Below, in pieces: positions 9,016 to 18,042 of a stretch of DNA of 30,284 nt; the stretch's first letter is position 1, and each line of letters opens with the position of its first letter. Below the pieces are notes generated by a model, which saw only the letters and a program-made list of their open reading frames with translations, was not told the origin of the DNA and did not search any database. The stretch spans positions 1 through 30,284 of the IMG/VR virus record IMGVR_UViG_3300027815_000015; one strand, 5' to 3'. The translations under genes and the position numbers were made by a program. The DNA is from a virus (taxonomy: Duplodnaviria; Caudoviricetes).

Positions 9016-9021
9016 GGAAAA

Positions 9022-9213
9022 TCATTGTGATCGTGTCTTGCCCTTGGCTTCGTCGCGCGTCTCGCGCGGAAGGCTGTCGTAGATATTCATGATCCGGCGC
9101 GAGTGCGCCTCAACTTCGGTCATGCTGACCAGGACGGCCAGACCGCCCTTCGAGCGCCACACCATTCCGTTGGGTGCTGGCGGCGGCGCTGGAGGGAAGC
9201 GGCGGCGCTTCAT
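9022..9213 (-). CDS. Small hypothetical protein
   Basis: About 63 aa ending MNIYDSLPRETRD; in operon orientation. Confidence 0.5.
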   Translation of the reverse strand: MKRRRFPPAPPPAPNGMVWRSKGGLAVLVSMTEVEAHSRRIMNIYDSLPRETRDEAKGKTRSQ

Positions 9214-9254
9214 CAAAATTGCGGCCTCGGCTGGTAGCAGCGTTGTTGTCGGGC

Positions 9255-9626
9255 TTAGATTTCCTGCCCCGGCTTTTTGAGAATGGTGAACTGCCGCAGG
9301 GGCGGCGCCGCCGGCCGCATTCCCTGCGGCGTCATCACGCCGATCACGGCGATTTCAGCAATGGCATAGGTTTCGCCGTTATGCTTGACCGCGCCCGCCT
9401 CGCCGACCAGAACATAAGCCACGGAAAACACGCCGCACGCCGAGCTATTGGTTTCCGCGTTGACCTGCCGGATTGCGTCATCGGTTCCACGGTCAATCAG
9501 AGCCATGACCAGCCTGACTTGTTCCGCGGTGTCGCAAAGGAGTCCGGTGCCTGTTTCGGTCTGTTGTTGGGCGGAGGCCAGCGAAATCATCGCCAGAGCC
9601 GCGAGAGCGATGAGCGTCAACCGCAT
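9255..9626 (-). CDS. Secreted/periplasmic hypothetical protein
   Basis: Signal peptide MRLTLIALAALAMISLASA; two Cys; GGAG SD. Confidence 0.75.
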   Translation of the reverse strand: MRLTLIALAALAMISLASAQQQTETGTGLLCDTAEQVRLVMALIDRGTDDAIRQVNAETNSSACGVFSVAYVLVGEAGAVKHNGETYAIAEIAVIGVMTPQGMRPAAPPLRQFTILKKPGQEI

Positions 9627-9643
9627 GCAAATCTCCGGAACTG

Positions 9644-9901
9644 CTAGGGGCGCGACGTGCGCCCTTCCACCGCCTTGCGGATGAAGCCCAGCTCCACCTC
9701 CATGCGGATGGTGCGCTCGTTCACCTGCTTGAGCACCGGCGCATCGGCCTCAAGCGCGCTGAGGCGCCATTCGCCGGTTGCGTAGGTGTAGCCAAGGGCG
9801 AAGAACTGGATCACGACAAATATGGCTAAGCCGATGCCCATGCGAAGGCCCACGCGCCGGTCAATCACGATCTGCGCGCCGATCTCGGAAACGTCGCTCA
9901 T
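9644..9901 (-). CDS. Small single-TM protein with coiled-coil tail
   Basis: TM GIGLAIFVVIQFFALGYTY followed by heptad-like segment; coupled to upstream gene. Confidence 0.65.
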   Translation of the reverse strand: MSDVSEIGAQIVIDRRVGLRMGIGLAIFVVIQFFALGYTYATGEWRLSALEADAPVLKQVNERTIRMEVELGFIRKAVEGRTSRP

Positions 9902-9902
9902 C

Positions 9903-10454
9903 TCAGTGTGTCGCTGTGCTTGTCGGCGCTTGTCCCTGCGCTCGTTTGAATGTCTGCCCGTCCTTTAGATCGAGAAGCCTGCGGCTGTGATTCCACATGC
10001 CCCACGCCGCTTCGCATTTCTGCATGGTGGATTCGATCCCGGCCAGCAGCACGTCGGTGAAGTCGAACAGCTCGCCCTCGTGCTCGACCCAATCCAGGGT
10101 GAATTGCGGGTCGCCGTCCTGGTCGATCCAGATCAGCGCATAGCGGGCATAGTCCCAATGCGCCGGCAAGGCGTGCAGGACGCTGGCAAGCTCGGGCGTC
10201 TTCGGATGCGTGAAGACCACGACCCAGGCGCCGTCGTGGTGCAGCTCTTTGTTGAGCTTGCGCAGCATGTCACCGGCGAACATCAGTTGATCGGGCGAAA
10301 GCCCGGGCGATCCCGGATGATGGACGAGCAGATTGCCGTCCTCGCGCAGGATGCAGGCATAGTGCCGCCCGTCGCCGTCCTCGAATTCTCCCTCAAGCTG
10401 GAACCGCTGCAACAAAAGCGGCGAGACCACTTTATCGAACGCAAGTCGCGCCAT
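9903..10454 (-). CDS. Hypothetical phage protein
   Basis: 183 aa, starts 1 nt after the portal stop, GGAG SD. Confidence 0.75.
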   Translation of the reverse strand: MARLAFDKVVSPLLLQRFQLEGEFEDGDGRHYACILREDGNLLVHHPGSPGLSPDQLMFAGDMLRKLNKELHHDGAWVVVFTHPKTPELASVLHALPAHWDYARYALIWIDQDGDPQFTLDWVEHEGELFDFTDVLLAGIESTMQKCEAAWGMWNHSRRLLDLKDGQTFKRAQGQAPTSTATH

Positions 10455-10455
10455 C

Positions 10456-12462
10456 CTAAGCTCCTGCTCCTGCGGGTATTCCCGGCTGCATGGTCGCAGC
10501 GTTGAACGGAATCACATTGCCACCAGGTCCTCCGGCGCCACCACCTGGGCCGCCGACGGGAAGCGGCGCATCCGGTGGCGCGCCCGGCCCGCCCGGAGAA
10601 CCCGGTTGCTGCGCGCCGGCGCCACCCATCACCTGCTTGAACCGCTCGATCCACTCGTCTTTCCGCGGCAGGCTGGACATATCCATAATGAGGTCGGCGA
10701 ACATCGGCATCACAGGACCGAGCGCCGGTCCCATCTTCTCCAGAAGGAGAAGCATTTCCTCGAACTGCGCGTTGGCAAAGGTCGCCGACAGCGGCGAAGG
10801 GTCCACGATGGCGGTGTATTTACCGACCGTGATGTCGTTGAGCACGCGCTGTACGCCGGTGGCGGGATCGAGTTCGGCCTTGTTAATGAGCAGCGGAACA
10901 AATTTTCCGTCCTCGCCCATGATCCGGAACAGGCGCTGCTCGGTATAGTGGTTTTGCACCATGCTCAGATGCAGATTGCCGAGAAGCATCTTCGATCGCT
11001 TTTGGTTATCCATATAGGTCTGCACGGACATGACCGCCTGGCGCTGGCGCGCCTCGATCGCCCGGCCCGACTGCACCCGGTCAAGCTCGCCGAGCGCGCT
11101 TTCGTTAATACCGGAGATCGACCGCATATCGTCGTCGTCTTTCTTCTCCAGCCGCTCGTGCTTCAGCGCGGAACCGGCCGCCTCGATGACCTTCGGCTCT
11201 TTCTCGCCCTTCCACTCAAGATTGAAGCCCGGCTGGGAGCCGAATTTCTTCAGCAGCAGCTTCTGTTTCGGACTGAGCGAGCTTTCGTGGTATTTAAAGC
11301 CGCCGTTGGCGGTCTTGGACACGATCTCGATCTCGGCGTTGCGGTGCTTGTTCTTGTTGAGCTGTGGGTCAACCAGGTCCTCGACCATGCCGCGGGTCAT
11401 GCCGCGGCGAAAGTAAGGGAAATACCCGGTCGTGGTGTAGCCTTCATACATCGAGGGCGCGTCATAGAGGATCACGTCGCCCGCCATCGTCGTCCAATGG
11501 ATGCGCTCGACCATGCGGGGCTGCACGATGCATGGATTGCCGATCTGCTCGCAGTAGAACAGGACCTTTTCGATCTTCTCCCGATTCCAGTTCTCCGGCA
11601 GCGTCTTCTTGTCGCCGGTCTCCAGGTCGATGATGACGTTGCGCCGTTCGCGCACCTTGTATTGGGTCTCGATGATGCGGATGGTCTTGCGGTGGGTATC
11701 GACGAACTCGCCGGACAGCGAATAGAAGGTTTCCCACCAGTCGGAGATCATGTCCTCTTTTTCGCCAAAGGCGCGGATGGGCGTGATCTCGTCGTTCACC
11801 GCCATGGTCGACAGCGGGGCGAGCGGCGTCTGCCCCATGGTGAAGGGCCGGACCAGCTCGGCCACCTGCTTCCCTAGAGCGCCTTCGATCTCGTCGATCG
11901 AGGTCCAGCGCGCCTGCTGGATGTAGGAGGCGGTCTCGTTGAGGTCGTAGGTATCGGCGTCCGGGTCGATGTAGGTCGAGAACGGATCAATTGCCTTGGT
12001 CTTGATCTCGCCCAGGTCGTTGTCCTCGAAATCAAGCCGCGTGTCGTAGAAGCCGCGCCCTGATAGGAGGCCGTCCATGAAGACTTCGACGTCCACGAAT
12101 TCGAGCGCCGAGCCCTTGGCAATCGCCTTCTCCACCATCGAGAGGACTTTCGCCACATCCTCGGAGGAGCGCGCGTCGGAGCCCGGCTGGAAGGTGATGT
12201 CGGTCTTGTTGTTGCCGTGATAGCCCATGATGAGCCGCACCAGCGGCGCGATCATGTTCCACTTGAACGACGGCCGGCCCTTGCGCTCGGTCAGCTGCTT
12301 CTCGGTCCACTGCCGGCCTTCGAAGAAATCCACGCAGGTCTTGGCCCGCTCGGCCCAATTCCGGTGCGCCCAGGCCGCGCGTTGCCAGCGTTCCGCCAGT
12401 AGCAGGACCTTCGCCGGATCCTGTTGCGGTATCTGGCGGGGTGGAACGGGACCGAAGCGCAT
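10456..12462 (-). CDS. Portal protein, P22-like
   Basis: 668 aa; [56 protein letters not shown] motifs. Confidence 0.92.
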   Translation of the reverse strand: MRFGPVPPRQIPQQDPAKVLLLAERWQRAAWAHRNWAERAKTCVDFFEGRQWTEKQLTERKGRPSFKWNMIAPLVRLIMGYHGNNKTDITFQPGSDARSSEDVAKVLSMVEKAIAKGSALEFVDVEVFMDGLLSGRGFYDTRLDFEDNDLGEIKTKAIDPFSTYIDPDADTYDLNETASYIQQARWTSIDEIEGALGKQVAELVRPFTMGQTPLAPLSTMAVNDEITPIRAFGEKEDMISDWWETFYSLSGEFVDTHRKTIRIIETQYKVRERRNVIIDLETGDKKTLPENWNREKIEKVLFYCEQIGNPCIVQPRMVERIHWTTMAGDVILYDAPSMYEGYTTTGYFPYFRRGMTRGMVEDLVDPQLNKNKHRNAEIEIVSKTANGGFKYHESSLSPKQKLLLKKFGSQPGFNLEWKGEKEPKVIEAAGSALKHERLEKKDDDDMRSISGINESALGELDRVQSGRAIEARQRQAVMSVQTYMDNQKRSKMLLGNLHLSMVQNHYTEQRLFRIMGEDGKFVPLLINKAELDPATGVQRVLNDITVGKYTAIVDPSPLSATFANAQFEEMLLLLEKMGPALGPVMPMFADLIMDMSSLPRKDEWIERFKQVMGGAGAQQPGSPGGPGAPPDAPLPVGGPGGGAGGPGGNVIPFNAATMQPGIPAGAGA

Positions 12463-13335
12463 TTACGGGGCCTGATAGCCCTGAGCATTGACGAACACGC
12501 CGCCGGTGACCGAGGCCGTTAATGTGACGGCTTCCAGCAGCGTTGCTGCCGTGCCCTTGAGCGGCGAAACGAAGGCTATTTGGAGACCGCCGGCGAGGCC
12601 GCCGGTGCCGATCTTCATCCGCCAGAGCACCGCGCCTGCCGCGCCGTCGCGGATCACCAGCTCAGTTGCCGCGCCAAGAGGATCGGAAGATATCTGCAGC
12701 CCCGTGACATAGTTCCTGATCCCGGCAGCGGCGGCGGCCTTGATAGTCACGGCTGCCGTTGTATTTACAATGCCGCCTGCCGCGGCGGGGTATGACCAAT
12801 CTTCCTCCGGGATCGAGTATGGCTTCTGGATGGTCGCACCGACCAGCGTCGCTACCTGATCGACAGCATCGCCGGTTGCGACCGCGACTACGTTACTGGT
12901 TTGCGCCCGCGCGCCGATCCGTACCGGGGCGCCAGAAACCACAGCATCGTGCGCGGCCAGGCCAACGATGGAAAGTCCAGAAAGCCAAAGCTTCACAATC
13001 CCCCGTAGATACTGCTGGATGGTGCCGTTGGCGTCGGTGATGACCGCCGCACCGGTGGTGGCGCCGATGGCGGCGCCAGCTCCTTGCGCGGTCGAGACGC
13101 TAACGCTGTCCGTCGTGCCCGGCGCGGTCTGGTCGATGCCGACCTTGCCGACGAGGGCAGACCCGGCGAGCAGCGTCACATCACCGATGTCAATGGTCGG
13201 CGTAGCCGCGAGCTGAGCAATGAGCTGCCCGGTGATCGGATCGACAGCGAGGGCATAGATTTTCCCGTCGCTTCCTTTGCCAAAGACCGTTACGCCATTT
13301 GGGTCGCTGGCAAAGTCTTTGCCCTGTGTCGCCAT
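12463..13335 (-). CDS. Putative virion structural protein (A/G/T/V-rich)
   Basis: 290 aa, AGGAG SD; DIGDVTL, VGKVGIDQT, AAAGIRNYVTG motifs seen in phage virion proteins. Confidence 0.65.
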   Translation of the reverse strand: MATQGKDFASDPNGVTVFGKGSDGKIYALAVDPITGQLIAQLAATPTIDIGDVTLLAGSALVGKVGIDQTAPGTTDSVSVSTAQGAGAAIGATTGAAVITDANGTIQQYLRGIVKLWLSGLSIVGLAAHDAVVSGAPVRIGARAQTSNVVAVATGDAVDQVATLVGATIQKPYSIPEEDWSYPAAAGGIVNTTAAVTIKAAAAAGIRNYVTGLQISSDPLGAATELVIRDGAAGAVLWRMKIGTGGLAGGLQIAFVSPLKGTAATLLEAVTLTASVTGGVFVNAQGYQAP

Positions 13336-13358
13336 GTCGGTGCGCTCCTGTTCAGATC

Positions 13359-13382
13359 AGGCGGCGACGGATTTCGCCGCCT
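13359..13382 (-). other. Intergenic hairpin without U-tail
   Basis: AGGCGGCGA-6 nt loop-TCGCCGCCT. Confidence 0.5.
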
Positions 13383-13394
13383 CGGATGCTACGG

Positions 13395-14054
13395 TTAGAC
13401 CGTGGCGCTGAAGCAATCGGCGACGTTCGAGCCGGCCGGGCATACGGCCTCGCCGCGGATGGCCCATACCAGCGTTTTCAAGTCCTCGACCTCGATCCAG
13501 TCGCCGACCTGCCCGCCGGTGGTGGTGCCGTTGAGAGTCAGTGTGTCGTCGGCTGCACCATCGCCCGCGTAGGCGGTCTGCGCGTTGGAATCCACATCGA
13601 GTAGATTGACCGTGCCGGCGAGGAAATCGCTGGCATTGCCGACCTTGATGATGTGCGCGTTCGAGGTGGGCTTGATCTTGACGAGAAAGCGGATGCGCGT
13701 GCCGGTGCCGGCGGCAACCGGCAGTGTGCAAATCGAGCCTGCCGCGGTATCGAGATGGATGGTCTTGCCGTCATGGGCGGCCACGGTGAGAGCAAGCGTG
13801 GCGCCGGCGGCAACGATGCGGGCCGATACGTCCGCCGCTCGGTTGATCTCAAGCGCGGTGGCATTGACAGCCACGCCGCCGATCTTCGGCGCCGTGATAT
13901 CGAGCGCGTCGACCACGCCGCCGGTGTCAGGCACAACCGGCTTGCCGGCTTCCACCACGCCATCGGCGGCGGGGGACATGCCGTCGATGATGGCATCGGA
14001 ATTGGTGTGCCAGGCGGTGCCGAAAAGACTTTTGATGGTAGTGCGGAAAGACAT
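13395..14054 (-). CDS. Putative virion structural protein
   Basis: Start reassigned to ATG 14054 (AGGAG SD); TLPVAAGTGTRIRF and DTLTLNGTTTGG fibre-like motifs. Confidence 0.7.
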   Translation of the reverse strand: MSFRTTIKSLFGTAWHTNSDAIIDGMSPAADGVVEAGKPVVPDTGGVVDALDITAPKIGGVAVNATALEINRAADVSARIVAAGATLALTVAAHDGKTIHLDTAAGSICTLPVAAGTGTRIRFLVKIKPTSNAHIIKVGNASDFLAGTVNLLDVDSNAQTAYAGDGAADDTLTLNGTTTGGQVGDWIEVEDLKTLVWAIRGEAVCPAGSNVADCFSATV

Positions 14055-14082
14055 GAGCGTAGCTCCTGGGGTGAACTTGGCG

Positions 14083-15681
14083 TTAGCGGGACATGAAATC
14101 GGTGTTGCTGGCCTCGTCGTCTTCGAGGTCGCACATCCACTTCGGATGATGATTGGGTTCGTCGATCGACAGAATTTCGGCGAAGGTAAGCGCCAGGGCA
14201 TCACCCCAATCCGGAGAGAAGCCGAGCTTCGCTTTGATCTGTTCCTTGGGCGCGAGCCGCTTGCGGCTATTGCCGTCCGGGGTCAGCAGCCAGGGCGCGG
14301 ACAGGTGCCGTTGCGCTACATCGTCATCCCCGATCTGGGCGCCGCCGGGGTCCATCAGCCAATCCCGAACGCGGTGCCACATCTCCACGCGGCGGTTGGC
14401 GTATTCGTTTTCTTCCTGGGCACCGGCGCCGAAGTTGATGGCCGCTACCCGGTCTTCAAACCCGTTCGCTTTGCAGATGTCGTGAGCGCCGGCGCCGTAG
14501 CCTCCGGTCACATCGAAGAAAGCTTTGCGGATGTCAGGGTGGTCCCGCAGCAGCTTCATGACTTCGTGCGCGATTTTAGTTTCATCATTGGTGCGCAGAC
14601 GGATATTGACTTCGATCCCGGCTCGCCGCCCCTGACGGTCGATGATTCGGGTATCGTCGCCGGTCTCTCCGATCGAGCGGGCGCTGTCGATGCCGAGCAC
14701 CCGGGGCAGAAACCGCTGCGCGGGAAGCTGCAGGCGTCGGGCGCGAAGGATCAGTTCGTTGGCAATGAAGCTGTCGGTGCCGGTGGTCTGGAACGCCTCG
14801 GCCGCGATCGCCGGGTATTCCTGCCGGAACATGCTGCCGATGGCGCCCGGCTCGCCGCCGAGCTCGATGTTCTTATAGTGCAGCCAGCAGAGCTGCTCGT
14901 CCGTCAGCTTGTAGAGGCGCTGGTAGGTTTCTTCTTCGCTGCTCGGCTCGTAGTCGGACGTGAGCGGCCGAACATTATCCGGGTCGATCATCCACGGCAG
15001 GAAGATCGGGATGAAATCGGATTGGCCTTTCTCGGCCAGGCCCCATTGCTTGTAGAAAGTGCCGCCTACGCCGTTGGCGGTGCTTTCTAGGACACCTTCA
15101 GTGCCCTCGACCAGCGAAAGGGCTTGCACCAAGCCGCCGAAGTGTTTTTCTGCGTGCGCCCAAAACGCCACTTCCGATCCGTGCAAAAGCTGAAGCGTCT
15201 GCGCGCGGCCGAGGCCGGCGGTGTTCTTTGCGGTGCCGACGCGGTAGCCGGATTCGGTGCCGGCGAAATCTAGCTCGTTCTCGTTTGCCGCCAGCAGGTC
15301 ATGCCGATAGTCCCTCGGCATGTTATTGTGCATCCGGCGCACCATGTCGAACAATGCCTGCGTGGCCTTGTCTTCATGGGTCAGGATGAAGGCGCGATGG
15401 CCCCGCCGCAGCGTCGAGCGGTGATAGAACCTGGCGCCGACATAGGTAGAGATGCCCATGCGGCGCGCTTTGAGAACAAGGGCGCGCACCAGACCGCGGG
15501 CGTCCCGCTGCCGTTCCAGCTTGGCGTGCAGCTGCTCTTGGGCGCGGTTCCAGATGAACGGGACGATCTCGCCCGGCCGCTTCGTTCCGATCCGCACGAG
15601 CTTGCGGCAATAGTGCCGCAGGTCATCCCGCATCAATTGATCGGCGGCGTCGTAGGGTACGACCCGCTTTGACAGGCTCAT
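14083..15681 (-). CDS. terL: Terminase large subunit
   Basis: Walker A LKARRMGIST, Walker B LLHGSEVAFW, ESTANG coupling motif, RNase H-like LGIDSA and SPDWGDALAL. Confidence 0.95.
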   Translation of the reverse strand: MSLSKRVVPYDAADQLMRDDLRHYCRKLVRIGTKRPGEIVPFIWNRAQEQLHAKLERQRDARGLVRALVLKARRMGISTYVGARFYHRSTLRRGHRAFILTHEDKATQALFDMVRRMHNNMPRDYRHDLLAANENELDFAGTESGYRVGTAKNTAGLGRAQTLQLLHGSEVAFWAHAEKHFGGLVQALSLVEGTEGVLESTANGVGGTFYKQWGLAEKGQSDFIPIFLPWMIDPDNVRPLTSDYEPSSEEETYQRLYKLTDEQLCWLHYKNIELGGEPGAIGSMFRQEYPAIAAEAFQTTGTDSFIANELILRARRLQLPAQRFLPRVLGIDSARSIGETGDDTRIIDRQGRRAGIEVNIRLRTNDETKIAHEVMKLLRDHPDIRKAFFDVTGGYGAGAHDICKANGFEDRVAAINFGAGAQEENEYANRRVEMWHRVRDWLMDPGGAQIGDDDVAQRHLSAPWLLTPDGNSRKRLAPKEQIKAKLGFSPDWGDALALTFAEILSIDEPNHHPKWMCDLEDDEASNTDFMSR

Positions 15682-16148
15682 TTTTTGCCAGCTTTGATGG
15701 CGACGACCTTGCCGCCGCTCGCTGCGATCTGATCGCGCGTCGTGTATTCCTTCAGCCGATCGGCGAGCGGGACATCATCAGCCTTGCGGCCCTTGTCCTC
15801 GGTCGGCGTCAGCCGCGGGTGCATGTAAGGCGCCACATCCTTGGCGGCGTTGCCTGCCTTCTCCCGCAGCCCGGGGATGAGCTTCACGGCGTCGATAATG
15901 GTGACCGGCTTGTCGTCGCCTTCGATCTGGCCTTGGCCTTCGTCCTTGACGACTTCGGCCGGCGACATGCCCGTCAGCAGCTTCTCAAGCGCGGCGTTTG
16001 CCCGCTCGTGGTAGAAGCGCATGTTGTCGAGCATCACGTTGAGCGGGGTGGCGCCTTCTTCCGCAGCCTTGTCGGCGATCTCACGCGTCCTCTTGGTCGC
16101 GCTGCCTGCCTTGCGGCCGGCGTTCTCTCGCGCACCGCCACGGGGCAT
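15678..16148 (-). CDS. terS: Terminase small subunit
   Basis: MPRGGARENAGRK N-terminus, AAKDVAPYMHPRL motif; ATGA overlap with terL. Confidence 0.8.
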   Translation of the reverse strand: MPRGGARENAGRKAGSATKRTREIADKAAEEGATPLNVMLDNMRFYHERANAALEKLLTGMSPAEVVKDEGQGQIEGDDKPVTIIDAVKLIPGLREKAGNAAKDVAPYMHPRLTPTEDKGRKADDVPLADRLKEYTTRDQIAASGGKVVAIKAGKK

Positions 16149-16255
16149 GTTTGATTTCCGTAGATTGTTTTCAAAGTGACGCGGCTATAGGATGCCTAAC
16201 AAGGTTTCCCAAGCTGCGGCATCAGGGCGTCTCCTGGCATAAACTGTAAGGCCGC

Positions 16256-16492
16256 TTATCCCGTCCTCACCTTCCACGCGCACTTTTCCGTGGCGACAGT
16301 CACCCACACCCGCTCGACGTTGTAGCCGCGCGGCAGGCGGAAGCTGAACCTGCCGTCCTCGGCGACGGTCGCTTCGATGGTCTCGTGCTCTTCCTTGCAG
16401 GTGGCTTCTTCGGCGCGCGCGAACGGTGCGGGTAGCGCCGCGGCTGCGATCATCGCGCCGGCGGAACGGAAGAAGCCGCGGCGCGTGGTCAT
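16256..16492 (-). CDS. Small protein with twin-arginine (Tat)-like signal peptide
   Basis: Start ATG 16492: MTTRRGFFRSAGAMIAAAALPAPFARA. Confidence 0.65.
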   Translation of the reverse strand: MTTRRGFFRSAGAMIAAAALPAPFARAEEATCKEEHETIEATVAEDGRFSFRLPRGYNVERVWVTVATEKCAWKVRTG

Positions 16493-16631
16493 ATGTCTAG
16501 GCAGCGCGCTTTCTGCCAACCCATCGTTTCCCGACTGAGCGCAGGAAGGCGCCGGCTGCTGCAAGCGGATGATACCGGCTAGGCAGACGGCGAAGGATAG
16601 TCATGCGCCTTGGGTAGTGTCTCAGTTTGAA

Positions 16632-16820
16632 TTATGGCTCCATTTTCCAGGCCACAAGAGCGCCGGTTATGCAGCAAGCGCCGATAGTGATTGCGAGATG
16701 GCTTGGAGGAACGATCATGTCGGCCAATCCAACCGCAAACATGATCTCGCTCGGGACGGAACTGCCGAGCACAACAAAGGCAATCCCAACCCACAGAGCG
16801 ATCTTGGGGCCTAAATTCAT
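16632..16820 (-). CDS. Small two-TM membrane protein (IS passenger)
   Basis: 62 aa hydrophobic; stop codon overlaps the left TIR. Confidence 0.5.
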   Translation of the reverse strand: MNLGPKIALWVGIAFVVLGSSVPSEIMFAVGLADMIVPPSHLAITIGACCITGALVAWKMEP

Positions 16821-16841
16821 ATCGCGCCTAGCCGAGCTACG

Positions 16842-17021
16842 TTACGCCGCTTGCATCTTGTAGGGTCCGCGCTTCCTGGGCTTCGGCGCGGTGGCATCAA
16901 CCATCCCGGCAAGATCGGTCATGCTCCAAAGCGTCTTGCTGACGCCAGCGGCCATCGCCGGGGAACGGCGTTGCCGATCACGTCGGCGGGGGCGCTTCTC
17001 GCCTTTGGGGCCTCGGGGCAT
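16842..17021 (-). pseudogene. Chimeric 59-codon remnant: N-terminus of IS-associated small protein fused to transposase C-terminus
   Basis: MPRGPKGEKRP...SPAMAAGVSKTLWSMTDLAGMVDATAPKPRKRGPYKMQAA*; PAMAAG..LW..KRGPYK is recalled as an IS1-like transposase tail. Confidence 0.7.
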
Positions 17022-17023
17022 TG

Positions 17024-17269
17024 TTAGTCGCCCTGCGAGGCGAGGCGATTTATCTCACGGTCTGTGGCTTCGGTCATAGCCTCCACCATGCGATCCACCA
17101 AGTCTTCATCTTCCTCGATTTCCTTTCGAGAAATGCCCTGTTTCGCAGCGTCGACCGCACAACGGTCAGCAAGCTCCTGTGCGCGGATGTCATTGGCTAA
17201 GGGATAGGGCTCTGGATTGACGTTCTCATCAATCCAGTGACTAACGAAATCGATGCTACGTTTGCTCAT
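17024..17269 (-). CDS. DUF768-like small acidic protein (IS passenger)
   Basis: MSKRSIDFVSHWIDENV...LADRCAVDAAKQGISRKEIEE; GGAG SD. Confidence 0.7.
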   Translation of the reverse strand: MSKRSIDFVSHWIDENVNPEPYPLANDIRAQELADRCAVDAAKQGISRKEIEEDEDLVDRMVEAMTEATDREINRLASQGD

Positions 17270-17539
17270 ACGGCGACTCCACAGTCGGAGCCAGAAAGCT
17301 CCCACGCCGCCTAATATGGGCCATCTCGGTCTATTCGACTAGGACCGGAAAATTCAAACTGAGACACTACCGCGCCTTGTCGCCATCACAGGTTCACCGT
17401 AGTGATGCTGCGGACCCCATGACGTCCGTTCTTCGCGTAAAACCCGATTCCGGCGTGCCGCTCGATAAGTACCGGCGTCCCTCATTTTTTCTCCATGTCT
17501 CGGTATGGCCGCGATCGGAATAACGAACGGGCGGCCTTC

Positions 17540-17896
17540 CTAGAGGCTCGATTTTCCCGGTCGCGCCGCAAAAACAGCGTTTTGGGCCGATTCCGTCACT
17601 TCCTTGCGAACCGCCAGGCGACGGCGACGGATCTCCACCATGACTTCCCGGCCTGACGATTGACGCGGTGGTGCAGCATCAGGCGGGCGATGAAACTCGC
17701 GGCGGGCTTGCGGCGCTTCGGCTCCCGCCTTCGCTGTGCAGCCCTTTCCAACACGGTCAGCGATCGCGTCGAGTTCGCGCGCCAGCTCTGAACGCGCTTC
17801 ATGAAAAGCATCTGGCCGGCGATGATTAGGAGGCGGCAGGCAGCGAACGCGAGAAGCCATGGCACGCAGCTCGCTTGCGACATCGCTGACGCTCAT
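17540..17896 (-). CDS. Hypothetical protein
   Basis: ATGA overlap with upstream ORF; PDAFHEARSELA helical N-terminus. Confidence 0.55.
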   Translation of the reverse strand: MSVSDVASELRAMASRVRCLPPPNHRRPDAFHEARSELARELDAIADRVGKGCTAKAGAEAPQARREFHRPPDAAPPRQSSGREVMVEIRRRRLAVRKEVTESAQNAVFAARPGKSSL

Positions 17897-18042
17897 CGGC
17901 ATAAAATCTCGGGGCAGCGATACGTTAGTCCGTCGCTCGCTTTGATCCGCCGTAACTTGATGCCTGCCTGCGCTATCTGCTCGGCGATCTCTGGGTGAAC
18001 CGGCACAACGAAGAATTGCTTCTCGCCGATGGCCTTGCTCAT
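17893..18042 (-). CDS. Small hypothetical protein (49 aa, not in ORF track)
   Basis: MSKAIGEKQFFVVPVHPE...CPEILCR*; ATGA overlaps at both ends. Confidence 0.6.
   Translation of the reverse strand: MSKAIGEKQFFVVPVHPEIAEQIAQAGIKLRRIKASDGLTYRCPEILCR

Larger units (their letters stand above)
16613..17371. mobile_element. Internally deleted, non-autonomous IS1-like element with passenger genes
   Basis: Perfect 21-bp TIRs GGTAGTGTCTCAGTTTGAATT (16613-16633, 17351-17371); 8-bp TSD GCGCCTTG (16605-16612, 17372-17379); transposase C-terminal remnant. Confidence 0.92.
16497..17485 (-). pseudogene. 73-aa basic phage ORF split by the IS-like insertion
   Basis: Removing the element and one TSD joins 17485-17372 to 16604-16497 in frame: MRDAGTYRAARRN...ATRR|MTILRRLP...KRAA*; GGAG SD. 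Confidence 0.7.

Noticed and set aside
13585-15090. Long plus-strand ORFs (also 2384..3547, 6489..7913, 10606..11877, 22249..23295)
   Set aside because: Antisense shadows of well-supported minus-strand genes in GC-rich DNA; no recognisable motifs
16243-16250. CTGTAAG possible fourth operator
   Set aside because: Half-site only; no TTACAG partner at the 5-nt spacing
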